Source: Chloroflexota bacterium (lineage in GTDB: Bacteria > Chloroflexota > Dehalococcoidia > DSTF01 > RBG-16-68-14). From it: a stretch of DNA of 63,492 nucleotides. Both the position numbers and the translations under genes were made by a program. Location: NCBI GenBank assembly GCA_022562155.1, contig JADFPV010000004.1, positions 1-63,492 on the forward strand, in the 5' to 3' direction. Each line of letters opens with the position of its first letter. Position 1 is the stretch's first letter. Positions 54,948 to 63,492 of the stretch are shown piece by piece. The notes beneath the pieces are model-generated. The model did no database searches. It was not told the origin of the DNA and saw only the letters and a program-made list of their open reading frames with translations.

Positions 54948-56090
54948 TCAGCGCATCAGTCTGAAACACTTCCGCAGTTCGTCCACGAACAGGTCCGGCT
55001 GCTCGAACGCCGCGAAGTGCCCGCCCTTGTCCAGCTCGTTCCAGTAGACGATGTTGCGATAATGCTGCTCCGCCCAAGAGCGTGGCATGGGCACGATCTC
55101 CTTCGGGAAGATGCTGCACCCGGTCGGAAGCTCGACCCCACCATCTCCACCGGTCAGCCGGCCGAAGCTCTCCCAGTAGAGACGGGCCGACGACGCGCCA
55201 GAAGCGGTCAGCCAATAGATCATCACGTTGTCCAGCAGTTCATCGCGCGTCAAGGCGTTCTCTGGATGGCCCTGGCAATCCGTCCAGGCCCAGAACTTCT
55301 CAAGAATCCACGCGGCCTGGCCGATGGGTGAATCCACAAGCCCGTAACCTAGGGTCTGTGGCCGCGTCGACTGCTGCTTGGAGTAGCCGGAGTCCCAGTC
55401 CTGGTAGTGCTTGCCACCCGCAAGCGCAGCCTGTTCGCGCTCTGTCGGATTTGCCAGAGATTTCTTGGTAGGGCGAGCGGTCGGCATGTTGACGTGAATG
55501 CCCGCGCAGTGGCCCAGGTTCTGCAACCCGATCTCGGTAGTGACACCGGCACCCCAATCGCCGCCTTGCGCCACATATCGCTCATAGCCCAGGCGAGTCA
55601 TGAGCGTATCCCAGCTCGCGGCGATTTTCTGCACGCCCCAACCGGGCTCGGTCGGCTTGCCGGAGAACCCGTACCCAGGCAGCGACGGAGCGACGACGTG
55701 GAACGCGTCGCTTGCATCGCCGCCGTGCGACGTAGGGTCCGTCAGCGGCTCGATAACCTTGTGGAACTCCACGATCGAACCCGGCCAGCCGTGCGTGATG
55801 ATCAGCGGTAGGGCTTCGGCGTGTTTGCTGCGCGCGTGTAGGAAGTGGATGTCCAGACTCTCGATCTCGGTCTTGAACTGAGGCCACCTATTGAGCCTCT
55901 CCTCCATCGCGCGATAGTCGTAGTCATTCGCCCAGTAGGCACAGATCTCCTGCATGTAGGCGAGCGGAATACCCTGCGACCAGTCGTCCGGCGTCTCCGC
56001 GTCGGGCCAGCGCGTCGCCCCGAGGCGGCGCTTGAGGTCATCGACTGCCGCATCGTCAATCTCGACAAGGAACTCTCGTACGTCGCTCAC
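54948..56090 (-). CDS. epoxide hydrolase (microsomal EH-like, alpha/beta fold)
   Basis: EH N-terminal domain (RWPD...WSQGIPL), HGWPGS. GTG 56090 after GGAGGAGG. Confidence 0.85.
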   Translation of the reverse strand: MSDVREFLVEIDDAAVDDLKRRLGATRWPDAETPDDWSQGIPLAYMQEICAYWANDYDYRAMEERLNRWPQFKTEIESLDIHFLHARSKHAEALPLIITHGWPGSIVEFHKVIEPLTDPTSHGGDASDAFHVVAPSLPGYGFSGKPTEPGWGVQKIAASWDTLMTRLGYERYVAQGGDWGAGVTTEIGLQNLGHCAGIHVNMPTARPTKKSLANPTEREQAALAGGKHYQDWDSGYSKQQSTRPQTLGYGLVDSPIGQAAWILEKFWAWTDCQGHPENALTRDELLDNVMIYWLTASGASSARLYWESFGRLTGGDGGVELPTGCSIFPKEIVPMPRSWAEQHYRNIVYWNELDKGGHFAAFEQPDLFVDELRKCFRLMR

Positions 56091-56103
56091 TTCAGTCCTC
56101 CTC

Positions 56104-56865
56104 CTAGACGCCGCTGCCGCCGTCAATGCGAAGGATCGCGCCCGTTGTGAAGGACGAAGCGTCCGTCGCGAAATAAAGCGCCGCACCGACGATCTCCTCC
56201 GGCTCGCCCCCGCGTCGCATATCGAAGTGCTGTGCCCGCTGATTGAACACCTCCATGGGCCATGCCTTCGAGATGTCGGTAAGAAACGGACCGGGCATGA
56301 TGCAGTTGACGCGCACCTTCGGCCCGTACGCATGAGCGAATGCCTCAGTCATCGCGTTCAGCGCGGCTTTGGCCGGGGCATATGGGATCACGTCTGCGCT
56401 GGGGCGAATCGAAGCAGTGCTGCTCACGTTGATGATCGAGCCGCCCTCGCCGTCGGCCATCCGCTGGCCTATCAGCGCGGTTATTCGGAACGGTCCTTTG
56501 AGGTTGACGGCCAAAACCTTGTCGTACAGCTCTTCCGTCACGTCCACAGGTCGCGGATAGGTGGGCGACATGCCCGCGTTGTTTACGAGCACGTCGACCT
56601 GCCCAAAGCGCTCGTACGCCGCCTCAGCTAGCCCTTCCACCTGATCCCAATGACCTACGTGGCAGGCTGTCGCGAGGGCGCTCCGTCCTGTCTTCGCCTC
56701 GACTTCTCTCGCAAGCTCCTCACAAGCATCCAGCTTGCGGCTGGCGATGACGACATCGGCCCCAGCTCTCGCGAAACCGAGTACCATCTGTTTCCCAAGC
56801 CCCCGGCTACCGCCGGTCACGAGTGCGACCTTTCCAAGGAGAGGTTGGTCATCCGAATCAGGCAT
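56104..56865 (-). CDS. SDR-family oxidoreductase (3-oxoacyl-ACP reductase-like)
   Basis: VALVTGGSRGLGK, NNAG, YAPAK. Confidence 0.9.
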   Translation of the reverse strand: MPDSDDQPLLGKVALVTGGSRGLGKQMVLGFARAGADVVIASRKLDACEELAREVEAKTGRSALATACHVGHWDQVEGLAEAAYERFGQVDVLVNNAGMSPTYPRPVDVTEELYDKVLAVNLKGPFRITALIGQRMADGEGGSIINVSSTASIRPSADVIPYAPAKAALNAMTEAFAHAYGPKVRVNCIMPGPFLTDISKAWPMEVFNQRAQHFDMRRGGEPEEIVGAALYFATDASSFTTGAILRIDGGSGV

Positions 56866-56916
56866 GATGGATTCCCTTCATACTTGCGAGCACCAGCGCC
56901 GAGCTAGCCCGCAGGG

Positions 56917-57684
56917 CTAGCCGTGCTTTGCTATGAAGGCCAGCACTCGCTCCCAGGCGTTCGCGGCGGTGTCGGCGTGCTCCTCATAGGACCGGTCGAA
57001 GAAGCTGTGTGGCGCGCCGGGATAAATGTTGATCTCGTGCTCCACGCCTGCGGCCTGAAGCGCCGCCTCGTACTCGTCAACCTGCTCCTTGGGGATTCCC
57101 TGATCGGCCCCGCCCATGAGAGCCAACACCGGTGCCTTGAAGTCCCCTGCCCGGGCCGTCGCGCCAGGCGAACCGTCGCGCCCAGGGCCCGGCCGGCCAT
57201 AAAAGCCGATGACGCCGGATAGCTCGTGTCCCGCGGCGGACTGCAACCAGGAGTTGCCTCCGCCGAAGCAGAAGCCGACGGTGAACACCGAGGAGCAGTT
57301 GCCTCCCTCGGGCGAGCGCAGGTACGCAACCGCAGCGCCGGCGTCATCGGCGATTTGCGGTGCCTTCGTTTGGGCAACGTGTTCCATGAACGGGAAGTCC
57401 TCGCCGCGCTTGTCGACGCCGGCGGTGCGACCGAAGTAATCGATCACAACGCTATTGATGCCCTGTTCTGCGAACCGGAGCGCCAGCTCTTCGTAGAAGC
57501 GGAACAGGCCCCGAACGTCCGGCAGCACTACAACGCCGGCTCCGGACGCGTCATCCGACCGCGCCAGGAACGCAGCGAACTTAGTCCCATCCTTGGACTC
57601 GAGGACGAGATCCTCGGAATCGACGGCCGCCCCCGAAATGGGCGTTATTGCGGGATGAGCATTGAAGTCGTGACACATGGGCAA
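56917..57684 (-). CDS. dienelactone hydrolase family protein
   Basis: GAGVVVLPDVRGL, GFCFGG nucleophile elbow, YPGAPHSF. Confidence 0.85.
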   Translation of the reverse strand: MPMCHDFNAHPAITPISGAAVDSEDLVLESKDGTKFAAFLARSDDASGAGVVVLPDVRGLFRFYEELALRFAEQGINSVVIDYFGRTAGVDKRGEDFPFMEHVAQTKAPQIADDAGAAVAYLRSPEGGNCSSVFTVGFCFGGGNSWLQSAAGHELSGVIGFYGRPGPGRDGSPGATARAGDFKAPVLALMGGADQGIPKEQVDEYEAALQAAGVEHEINIYPGAPHSFFDRSYEEHADTAANAWERVLAFIAKHG

Positions 57685-57814
57685 ATCCTTTCTTTCGTTG
57701 ACGTAAAAGCCTAACCTACCGGCACGTCATCCTACGGAGGTGGAACTTGGAATGTCAACACACTTTTTATGCTCAGGATGGAGCTACGGCGCCCGCTCTG
57801 GCATACTAACACCG

Positions 57815-58516
57815 ATGGAAATTGACGAAGGTGTCCATGCCATCGAAAGCCTCGGCATCGGCAGGGCGTACATCTATCAAGAGCAGGACAGGCTCACGCT
57901 AATCGATACCGGGTTGGCAAACAGCGCCGACAAGATCTTCGCCGTCATCGAGAAGATCGGGCGCAAGCCTGAGGACCTAAAACAGATCTTCATTACGCAT
58001 CACCACCGCGACCACACCGGTTCGCTGGCGAACGTAATCGATCGCTCGAACGCCCAGGTGTTCGCGCACAAGATCGAGGCGCCCGTTATTCGCGGCGACC
58101 AGCCTTCGCCCAAACCTGACGCGAACACATTGCGCTCCGTCCTGCGTCCCTTCATCGGCAGCGGGGCGGAGATCGCAACGCCGGCGCGCGTCGACCGGGA
58201 GTTGGAGGACGGTGACGAACTCGACATCGGCGGCGGCGCGAAAGTGCTACACGTGCCAGGCCACACGATGGGAAGCGTCGCGCTCTTCATTCCCCAACGC
58301 AAGATGTTGTTCGCCGGAGACGCGGCAGTGAGCGCCATCGGTCTTGGGCCACCGGCCGGACCATTCGGCCTGTTCAACGAAGACAGCGAGCAGGCCATCG
58401 AGTCATTCCAGAAGCTGGCGGAGCTCGATTTCGACCGCGCCTTCTTCGGACACGGCAAGCCATTGGACGGCGAAGCCTGCACACTCTTCCGCCGCGCCGC
58501 CGACCAGCTCAGCTAA
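57815..58516 (+). CDS. MBL-fold metallo-hydrolase
   Basis: ITHHHRDHTG motif, VPGHTMGS. ATG 57815. Confidence 0.8.
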   Translation: MEIDEGVHAIESLGIGRAYIYQEQDRLTLIDTGLANSADKIFAVIEKIGRKPEDLKQIFITHHHRDHTGSLANVIDRSNAQVFAHKIEAPVIRGDQPSPKPDANTLRSVLRPFIGSGAEIATPARVDRELEDGDELDIGGGAKVLHVPGHTMGSVALFIPQRKMLFAGDAAVSAIGLGPPAGPFGLFNEDSEQAIESFQKLAELDFDRAFFGHGKPLDGEACTLFRRAADQLS

Positions 58517-59208
58517 TGGAAGTCATTCCTGGTCTCTGGATGATCGAGGGGCTGGGCCCCTGCTATCTCTACCGCGACGCAGACACATACACGCTGATCG
58601 ATACCGGCATCACGGGCGATGCGACCCGCATCCTCGACCATCTGACAGACATTGGCGGCAAGCCGGAGCAGCTCAAGCAGATCATCCTGACACACAGCCA
58701 CCCGGATCACACCGGCGGCCATGCCGAGCTGATCGAACGCACAGGTGCCCAGGTGCTGGCGCATGAGCTGGACATCCCCGTCATCACGGGCAAGGAGGAG
58801 ATAACGATCCCGGACGTCCCTGAAGAAGAGCGCAAGTTCATGGAGATGGCGATCGAAGAGACGCCCTTGGCCAAGCCCGCTCGCGTCGACCGCGTGCTGC
58901 AGGACGGCGATGAGATCGAACTGGGCTCGGGCGCCACAGCCGTGCACGTGCCAGGCCACACGCCCGGCAGCCTGGCGATCTTCCTGCCGAAAGAAAAGCT
59001 GCTCTTTGCGGGAGACGCCGCCGAACGGGATGAGGAGGAGAAGCTGATCCTCGGCATGTTCAACCTCGACCGGCCGCTGGCCATAAAGTCGTTCCGCAAA
59101 CTCGCGGAGCTCGACTTCGACATCGCCTGCATCGGCCACGGCAAGCCGCTCGATAAGGACGCCTCCCTGGAGTTCCGCAGGGTCGCAGAGAAGCTGGCAA
59201 ACGGCTAA
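58516..59208 (+). CDS. MBL-fold metallo-hydrolase (tandem paralog)
   Basis: LTHSHPDHTGG, VPGHTPGS. Start overlaps the upstream stop. Confidence 0.85.
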   Translation: MEVIPGLWMIEGLGPCYLYRDADTYTLIDTGITGDATRILDHLTDIGGKPEQLKQIILTHSHPDHTGGHAELIERTGAQVLAHELDIPVITGKEEITIPDVPEEERKFMEMAIEETPLAKPARVDRVLQDGDEIELGSGATAVHVPGHTPGSLAIFLPKEKLLFAGDAAERDEEEKLILGMFNLDRPLAIKSFRKLAELDFDIACIGHGKPLDKDASLEFRRVAEKLANG

Positions 59209-59279
59209 GTAAGCATGGCCAGGCGAGGCGCCGCTGCCGAGCCTACAGCTGAGGGACGAACCACCACGAACCGAACGCC

Positions 59280-59750
59280 ATGACTCAGCAGCACCATCTA
59301 GCGCAGGTGAACATCGGGCGCGTGCGAGCGCCCATAAGCGATCCGGTGATGGTAGAGTTCGTCGCGGGGCTTGAGGAGCTCAACCGGCTGGCGGATAAGA
59401 GCCCCGGCTTCGTCTGGCGGATGCAAACAGAGGAAGGCGACAACACCGCCGTTCGCGCGTTCGACGACGACACCATCCTGATCAACATGTCGGTCTGGGA
59501 GTCAGTTGAATCGCTGTCCGATTACGTCTATCGCAGTAGTCACAAGCAGATATTTGCCCGCCGCAGAGAGTGGTTCCACGTCATGGAGACCCCCACATCG
59601 GGGCTGTGGTGGGTACCGGCGGGGCACATGCCGACCACCGACGAAGCCAAGGAGCGGTTGGAGAAGTTGCAAACGTCGGGCCCCAACCCCTCAGCATTCA
59701 CGTTCCTGAAGCCGTTCCCATCGCCCAACGGCGAGGCCATTCCACAGTAG
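59280..59750 (+). CDS. DUF3291-like protein
   Basis: HLAQVNIGRVRAPISDP...SPGFVWR...SVWESVESL...FARRREWF. Confidence 0.55.
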   Translation: MTQQHHLAQVNIGRVRAPISDPVMVEFVAGLEELNRLADKSPGFVWRMQTEEGDNTAVRAFDDDTILINMSVWESVESLSDYVYRSSHKQIFARRREWFHVMETPTSGLWWVPAGHMPTTDEAKERLEKLQTSGPNPSAFTFLKPFPSPNGEAIPQ

Positions 59751-59816
59751 TAATAGACAACCTAGATCGGACCCCGCCACCCGGCTCAACGCTGCACCGC
59801 ATAATCTTGCCAGCAG

Positions 59817-59851
59817 CTGGTTTGCCAAAACCAGACGGCTGGCTAGCCGTC
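59817..59851. terminator. two adjacent hairpins between convergent genes
   Basis: CTGGTTT-gcca-AAACCAG and GACGGCT-ggct-AGCCGTC. Confidence 0.4.
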
Positions 59852-59873
59852 CTCAAGCACCTGTATTAGCTAG

Positions 59874-60107
59874 CTAACCTTCGCTCGTTGCGGCCTCTGC
59901 CGGCCGCTTCAGGATGAAGTAGCTGCTTTCTGGACGCCCCAAGGGGAGGATCCCGGTCATCTCCCAGCCCTCTTGCCCTAAGGTTTCGAGGTACTTTTTG
60001 ACGAACCCGGTGCGGTGCTCACCGCTCTGGCGGATGAACTCCACCCCTTCTGCGCTGATCCGGCCACGAAAATCGACGTAACAAACCTTGTATTCCCATG
60101 CGTTCAT
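59874..60107 (-). CDS. DUF4177-like small protein
   Basis: MNAWEYKV... start at 60107 after GGAGG. Confidence 0.5.
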   Translation of the reverse strand: MNAWEYKVCYVDFRGRISAEGVEFIRQSGEHRTGFVKKYLETLGQEGWEMTGILPLGRPESSYFILKRPAEAATSEG

Positions 60108-60270
60108 GCGAACCTCCTTCAGTGGTGCTGAACGGACACGGGCACAACGCCGTACTCCAAGAGTACGCATACGCCGGGCGACGAGGCCCTTATTGGGAGT
60201 GTAGCAACCGTGTCAAGAGGTGAGTGTGACGTAGGCCATCCCGAGACGCACCTGCTAGGATGGTTCCGCC

Positions 60271-61305
60271 ATGGCTGAGCAATCTGACGTACTCGACGAA
60301 GCGCTAGACCTCCTCTGTGACACCGGACCTGAGTTCGGGCCCGGGCTTTCCAACCACGGCCCCATGGCCGCCGAAGCGCTGTATACGTTGGGACGGGCTG
60401 AAGAGGTTGTTCCCTGGACTGAGGGCTACAAGCGCAACCTGCAGGATGCGCCGAAGCCAGGAAACCCGATCCCACCCGACGGCTGGCGCGAAGCGCTCGG
60501 CAACGTCAAACGCGTCGCCGACTGGGCCGTGTTCTTCGAACGAGAGCTGGACCAGGCTCCGTGGCAGCAGATCGTCAACACCTGGACGGCAGAATTCGCG
60601 CCGGGCATGGTGTCGGCGGCGACGCACGGCATCATCCGCACAGCCCACGCCGCCAGGAACCTCGGCCGTAACGAGACCAAGGAACGCCTTCGCGAGCTAG
60701 CCCAAGGCTTGGCGTATTGGGCCGCCCGCTACATGACAGTCCCCGGCCTGCCCGACCGTGGCGGGTCACGGCTGCCGTCGGCCGCCATTGAGGACGTCCC
60801 CGTGCAGTCCGTGGAAGATCAGCACCAGCTTGGCCTCATCACACACCGCCTCCTGCGCCTGGACGAGGAGTCGTTCGGCGGAGTGATCAACATGGTCGAT
60901 ACGAGCGATCGCGATGCGTTCCTCTCCGACATGACGGAAACGTTTGCCCGCGCCTATCTGGCGAACGTGAACGACGCGAACTCGATCGGACTGATCCACT
61001 GCGTGACCGGTCCCAGCGCCGTCCGGCTGCTCCTCCCCTACCTGACGCCCGACGTCGCCGACCAGGCCTGCGCCCACGCCTGGCAGGCGGGCGCCGCGAT
61101 CTACGCCGCCTTCGGCCAGCGGCCTGCGCCGGAATCGATCGCGACCGTGTCGAACGTTCGCGAGGACATCATCGATCAAGCCGTGTTCACCCAGGACGAG
61201 CACGCGATCAAGTTCACCGAAGCCTGCCTGCGCGAGTACGACCTCCATGGCAGCAACGTATTCCTCGCGGCGGCCGTCGACGCGTCGCAGCGGCTTCGCT
61301 CTTGA
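60271..61305 (+). CDS. hypothetical protein (questin oxidase/DUF4243-like, tentative)
   Basis: GPGLSNHGPMAAEALYTLG N-terminal pattern. 344 aa. Confidence 0.35.
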   Translation: MAEQSDVLDEALDLLCDTGPEFGPGLSNHGPMAAEALYTLGRAEEVVPWTEGYKRNLQDAPKPGNPIPPDGWREALGNVKRVADWAVFFERELDQAPWQQIVNTWTAEFAPGMVSAATHGIIRTAHAARNLGRNETKERLRELAQGLAYWAARYMTVPGLPDRGGSRLPSAAIEDVPVQSVEDQHQLGLITHRLLRLDEESFGGVINMVDTSDRDAFLSDMTETFARAYLANVNDANSIGLIHCVTGPSAVRLLLPYLTPDVADQACAHAWQAGAAIYAAFGQRPAPESIATVSNVREDIIDQAVFTQDEHAIKFTEACLREYDLHGSNVFLAAAVDASQRLRS

Positions 61306-61344
61306 TGCCGCGCACCATGCCGCGCACGATGCGGCGCACGATGC
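61305..61344 (+). repeat. 12-nt tandem repeat (ATGCCGCGCACC x3) at the gene junction
   Basis: atgccgcgcacc atgccgcgcacg atgcggcgcacg atgc. Each unit carries an in-frame ATG. Confidence 0.85.
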
Positions 61345-62438
61345 AAGGCGCCGTCTTCCACGGCCCGCACCAGCCCCTTGTGATCGAAGAGGTCTCGATG
61401 GACGCGCCGATGGCGCGCGAGATGGTCGTTCGAACGATCGCGAGCGGCGTCTGCCGCAGCGACGCGCACTACGTCGACGGCCTCTACACTTGGCCGGCGC
61501 CGGCCGTGCTCGGGCACGAGGCGGCGGGCATCGTGGAGGAGGTCGGTGAGCTGGTGACCAAGTTCCGGCCGGGCGACCACGTCATCGCGAACCTGTCCGT
61601 GTTCTGCGGACACTGCGAGTACTGCCTGACAGGCCACCCGAACCTGTGCCCAAAACAAGAGACTCGCAGGGGCCCGAACGAACCACCAAAACTGACGTTG
61701 GCCTCCACCGGCGTAGCGCTCCACGATTTCTTCGACCTGTCCAGCTTTGCCGAGCGCATGCTCCTGCACGAAAACGCCGCTGTGAAGGTCGCTGATGATA
61801 TCCCTCTGGATGTTGCCGCCTTAATTAGCTGCGGCGTGATGACGGGCATGGGCGCCGTCCTGAACTGCGCAAGAGTCGAGCCCGGCTCGACAGCAGCGGT
61901 GTTCGGCGCCGGCGGCGTCGGGCTGGCGGCGATCCAGGGCTGCCGCATCGCCGGCGCGCGCCGCATCATCGCGATCGATGTCGTAGCCGCCAAGCTCGAT
62001 CTGGCACGACAGCTAGGAGCGACGCACGCGGTCGACTCGTCCAGCGAGGACCCGGTCGCGCGGGTCCGCGAGCTGACCGGCGGGGGCGTCGACTACGCGT
62101 TCGACGCCATCGGACTGGCCCTGGTCTCGCAGCAGGCGTTCGATGCGTTGCGGCCCGGCGGGACGGCAACCGTGATCGGCATGATCCCTGAGGGCGATAA
62201 GGTAGCGCTAGACGGCACCGCGTTTCTGCAGGAAAAGAAGATCCAGGGCACGGACATGGGCTCGAACCGTGCGCTTGTCGACATGCCCCGCTACGTCGAG
62301 TTCTACCGGCAGGGCAAACTCCGGCTCGACGAGATGGTGACCCGCCGCATCGCGCTTCAGGACGTGAACGAGGCCTTCCGGGCGATGAAGGCCGGCGAGG
62401 TCGCGCGTTCGGTGATCATGTTTGACGGCGGCACGTAG
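61341..62438 (+). CDS. Zn-dependent alcohol dehydrogenase (class III/mycothiol-dependent-like)
   Basis: GVCRSDAH, GHEAAGIVEEVG, GAGGVGL. Start 61341 by alignment to the paralog; 61305/61317/61329 are also possible. Confidence 0.85.
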   Translation: MQGAVFHGPHQPLVIEEVSMDAPMAREMVVRTIASGVCRSDAHYVDGLYTWPAPAVLGHEAAGIVEEVGELVTKFRPGDHVIANLSVFCGHCEYCLTGHPNLCPKQETRRGPNEPPKLTLASTGVALHDFFDLSSFAERMLLHENAAVKVADDIPLDVAALISCGVMTGMGAVLNCARVEPGSTAAVFGAGGVGLAAIQGCRIAGARRIIAIDVVAAKLDLARQLGATHAVDSSSEDPVARVRELTGGGVDYAFDAIGLALVSQQAFDALRPGGTATVIGMIPEGDKVALDGTAFLQEKKIQGTDMGSNRALVDMPRYVEFYRQGKLRLDEMVTRRIALQDVNEAFRAMKAGEVARSVIMFDGGT

Positions 62439-62543
62439 AAGCGATCGTGGTCCGCGGTCGCCGGCCATTGTCGGCGCCGTCAAAGAGTTGACGCGAACGC
62501 CGCCTATCGCTTGAATGGAACGCTTTTCTGAAAGGAGCATGTT

Positions 62544-63492
62544 ATGCAAGCAGCAATATTCCACGGACCGAAGCAGGACCTCACGATCGAAGGCGTAGAC
62601 ATCGACAAGCCGGGACCGCGCGAGGTACTGGTCAAGACCGCCGCCAGCGGCGTCTGCCACAGCGACCTCCACTTCGTCGACGGCCTCTATCCGTTCACGG
62701 CGCCTGCCGTGCTGGGCCATGAGGCGGCCGGCATCGTCGAAGAGGTCGGCGAGTTGGTGACACAGTTCGCGCCCGGCGACCATGTGATCGCCTGCCTCTC
62801 CGCGTTCTGCGGCAATTGCGAGTACTGCTTGACGGGCCACCCCTCGCTCTGCCGAAGCCCGGAGGTGCGCCGGTCGCCCGATCAGCCGCCTAAGCTCACG
62901 AAGGAAGGCACGGACGAACCCATCGCGCAGTTCGCCAACATCTCCAGCTTCGCGGAGCACATGCTGCTCCACGAGAACGCGATCGTCAAGATCCGCGACG
63001 ACATGCCGCTGGCCCAAGCCGCGCTCATCGGCTGCGGCGTGATGACGGGCGTCGGCGCGGCGCTCAACACGGCAAAGGTTGAGCCTGGCACGAGCACCGT
63101 CGTCTTCGGCGCTGGTGGCGTCGGGCTGGCAGCGATCCAGGGCTGCCGTATCGCTGGCGCGGGCCAGATCATCGCGGTCGATATGGTCGAGAGCAAGCTC
63201 GGTCTCGCGAAGGAGCTGGGCGCGACACACACCATCGACGCTTCGCAGGGCGACGCGGTCGAGAAGATCAGGGAGATCACCGGCGGCGGCGCTCACTACA
63301 CGTTCGAAGCGATCGGCAACAAGGACGTCGCCGAGCAGGCGTTCGATGCACTGCGCGCCGGCGGTACCGCGACGATCATCGGCATGATCCCGGTCGGCCA
63401 GAAGGTGGAGCTAAACGGCGCGTCCTTCCTGCAAGAGAAGAAGATCCAGGGCTGCACCATGGGCTCCAACCGCTTCCGCGTCGACATGCCAC
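62544..63492 (+). CDS. Zn-dependent alcohol dehydrogenase, tandem paralog (3' partial, runs off the window)
   Basis: MQAAIFHGPKQDL..GVCHSDLH..GHEAAGIVEEVG..GAGGVGL. AAAGGAG RBS. Absent from the ORF track because no stop lies within the window. The long minus-strand ORF 62208..63296 is its antisense shadow. Confidence 0.85.
   Translation, partial: MQAAIFHGPKQDLTIEGVDIDKPGPREVLVKTAASGVCHSDLHFVDGLYPFTAPAVLGHEAAGIVEEVGELVTQFAPGDHVIACLSAFCGNCEYCLTGHPSLCRSPEVRRSPDQPPKLTKEGTDEPIAQFANISSFAEHMLLHENAIVKIRDDMPLAQAALIGCGVMTGVGAALNTAKVEPGTSTVVFGAGGVGLAAIQGCRIAGAGQIIAVDMVESKLGLAKELGATHTIDASQGDAVEKIREITGGGAHYTFEAIGNKDVAEQAFDALRAGGTATIIGMIPVGQKVELNGASFLQEKKIQGCTMGSNRFRVDMP

Noticed and set aside
54898-56333. 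Long N-terminal extensions of ORFs 54121..55215 and 54948..56333
   Set aside because: The extensions overlap the neighbouring genes. Internal starts at 54897 and 56090 have strong RBSs and give canonical SDR and epoxide hydrolase N-termini.
62208-63296. 362-aa minus-strand ORF at the window end
   Set aside because: Antisense shadow of the second Zn-ADH (62544 to beyond 63492), whose + frame is open to the window edge and is ~60-70% identical to the upstream ADH.

Overview
High-GC (~63%), gene-dense bacterial chromosome segment with GGAGG-type RBSs and frequent start/stop overlaps. Gene content and repeat types suggest a Chloroflexota/Thermomicrobia-like or related terrabacterial genome (inference only). 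I saw no rRNA, tRNA or CRISPR array. There are three zones. (1) 1-19.6 kb, core genes: ccdA-like, a lipoprotein plus a membrane LuxR/beta-propeller regulator, a uvrA operon that also carries a DinB/ClbS-like gene, a REP-associated tyrosine transposase (RAYT) and a HAD hydrolase, then LLM oxidoreductase, an unlisted 31-aa bS22-type micro-ORF, ferredoxin, rmuC, glyQS, murA, mreB, rex, ftsH, tautomerase, rnhB. (2) 19.6-46.7 kb, accessory island: phage morphogenesis genes (large terminase, portal, scaffold + capsid, adaptor/hub/spike-like) lie in canonical order on the + strand but are split into four blocks by cellular cargo. The cargo is VOC, a ferredoxin-adenylate cyclase fusion, GNAT, beta-lactamase-like, MerB, hydrolase-LuxR, cupredoxin, hemolysin III, HigA, an ImuB-like/DnaE2 mutasome interrupted by vapBC, P450, SDR and a dockerin protein. 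GAAC-N4-GTTC-type (LexA/Cheo-like) operators sit inside the promoters of two phage blocks and of imuB, and near uvrA and rmuC. dnaE2 carries an in-frame 354-nt REP/MITE-like insertion. (3) 46.6-63.5 kb: PAP2, ruvB, csrA with a GGA-rich leader, a wHTH regulator and adenosine deaminase. A GT-C membrane protein is inserted between add and an acyl-CoA dehydrogenase with a 124-nt diverged duplication. A DsbA/FrnE-like gene has an in-frame TGA at the first active-site Cys (selenoprotein candidate or pseudogene). A catabolic cluster follows (SDRs, epoxide hydrolase, dienelactone hydrolase, tandem MBL hydrolases, tandem Zn-ADHs; the last ADH runs off the window). All homology calls come from reading the translations by eye; no database search was run.
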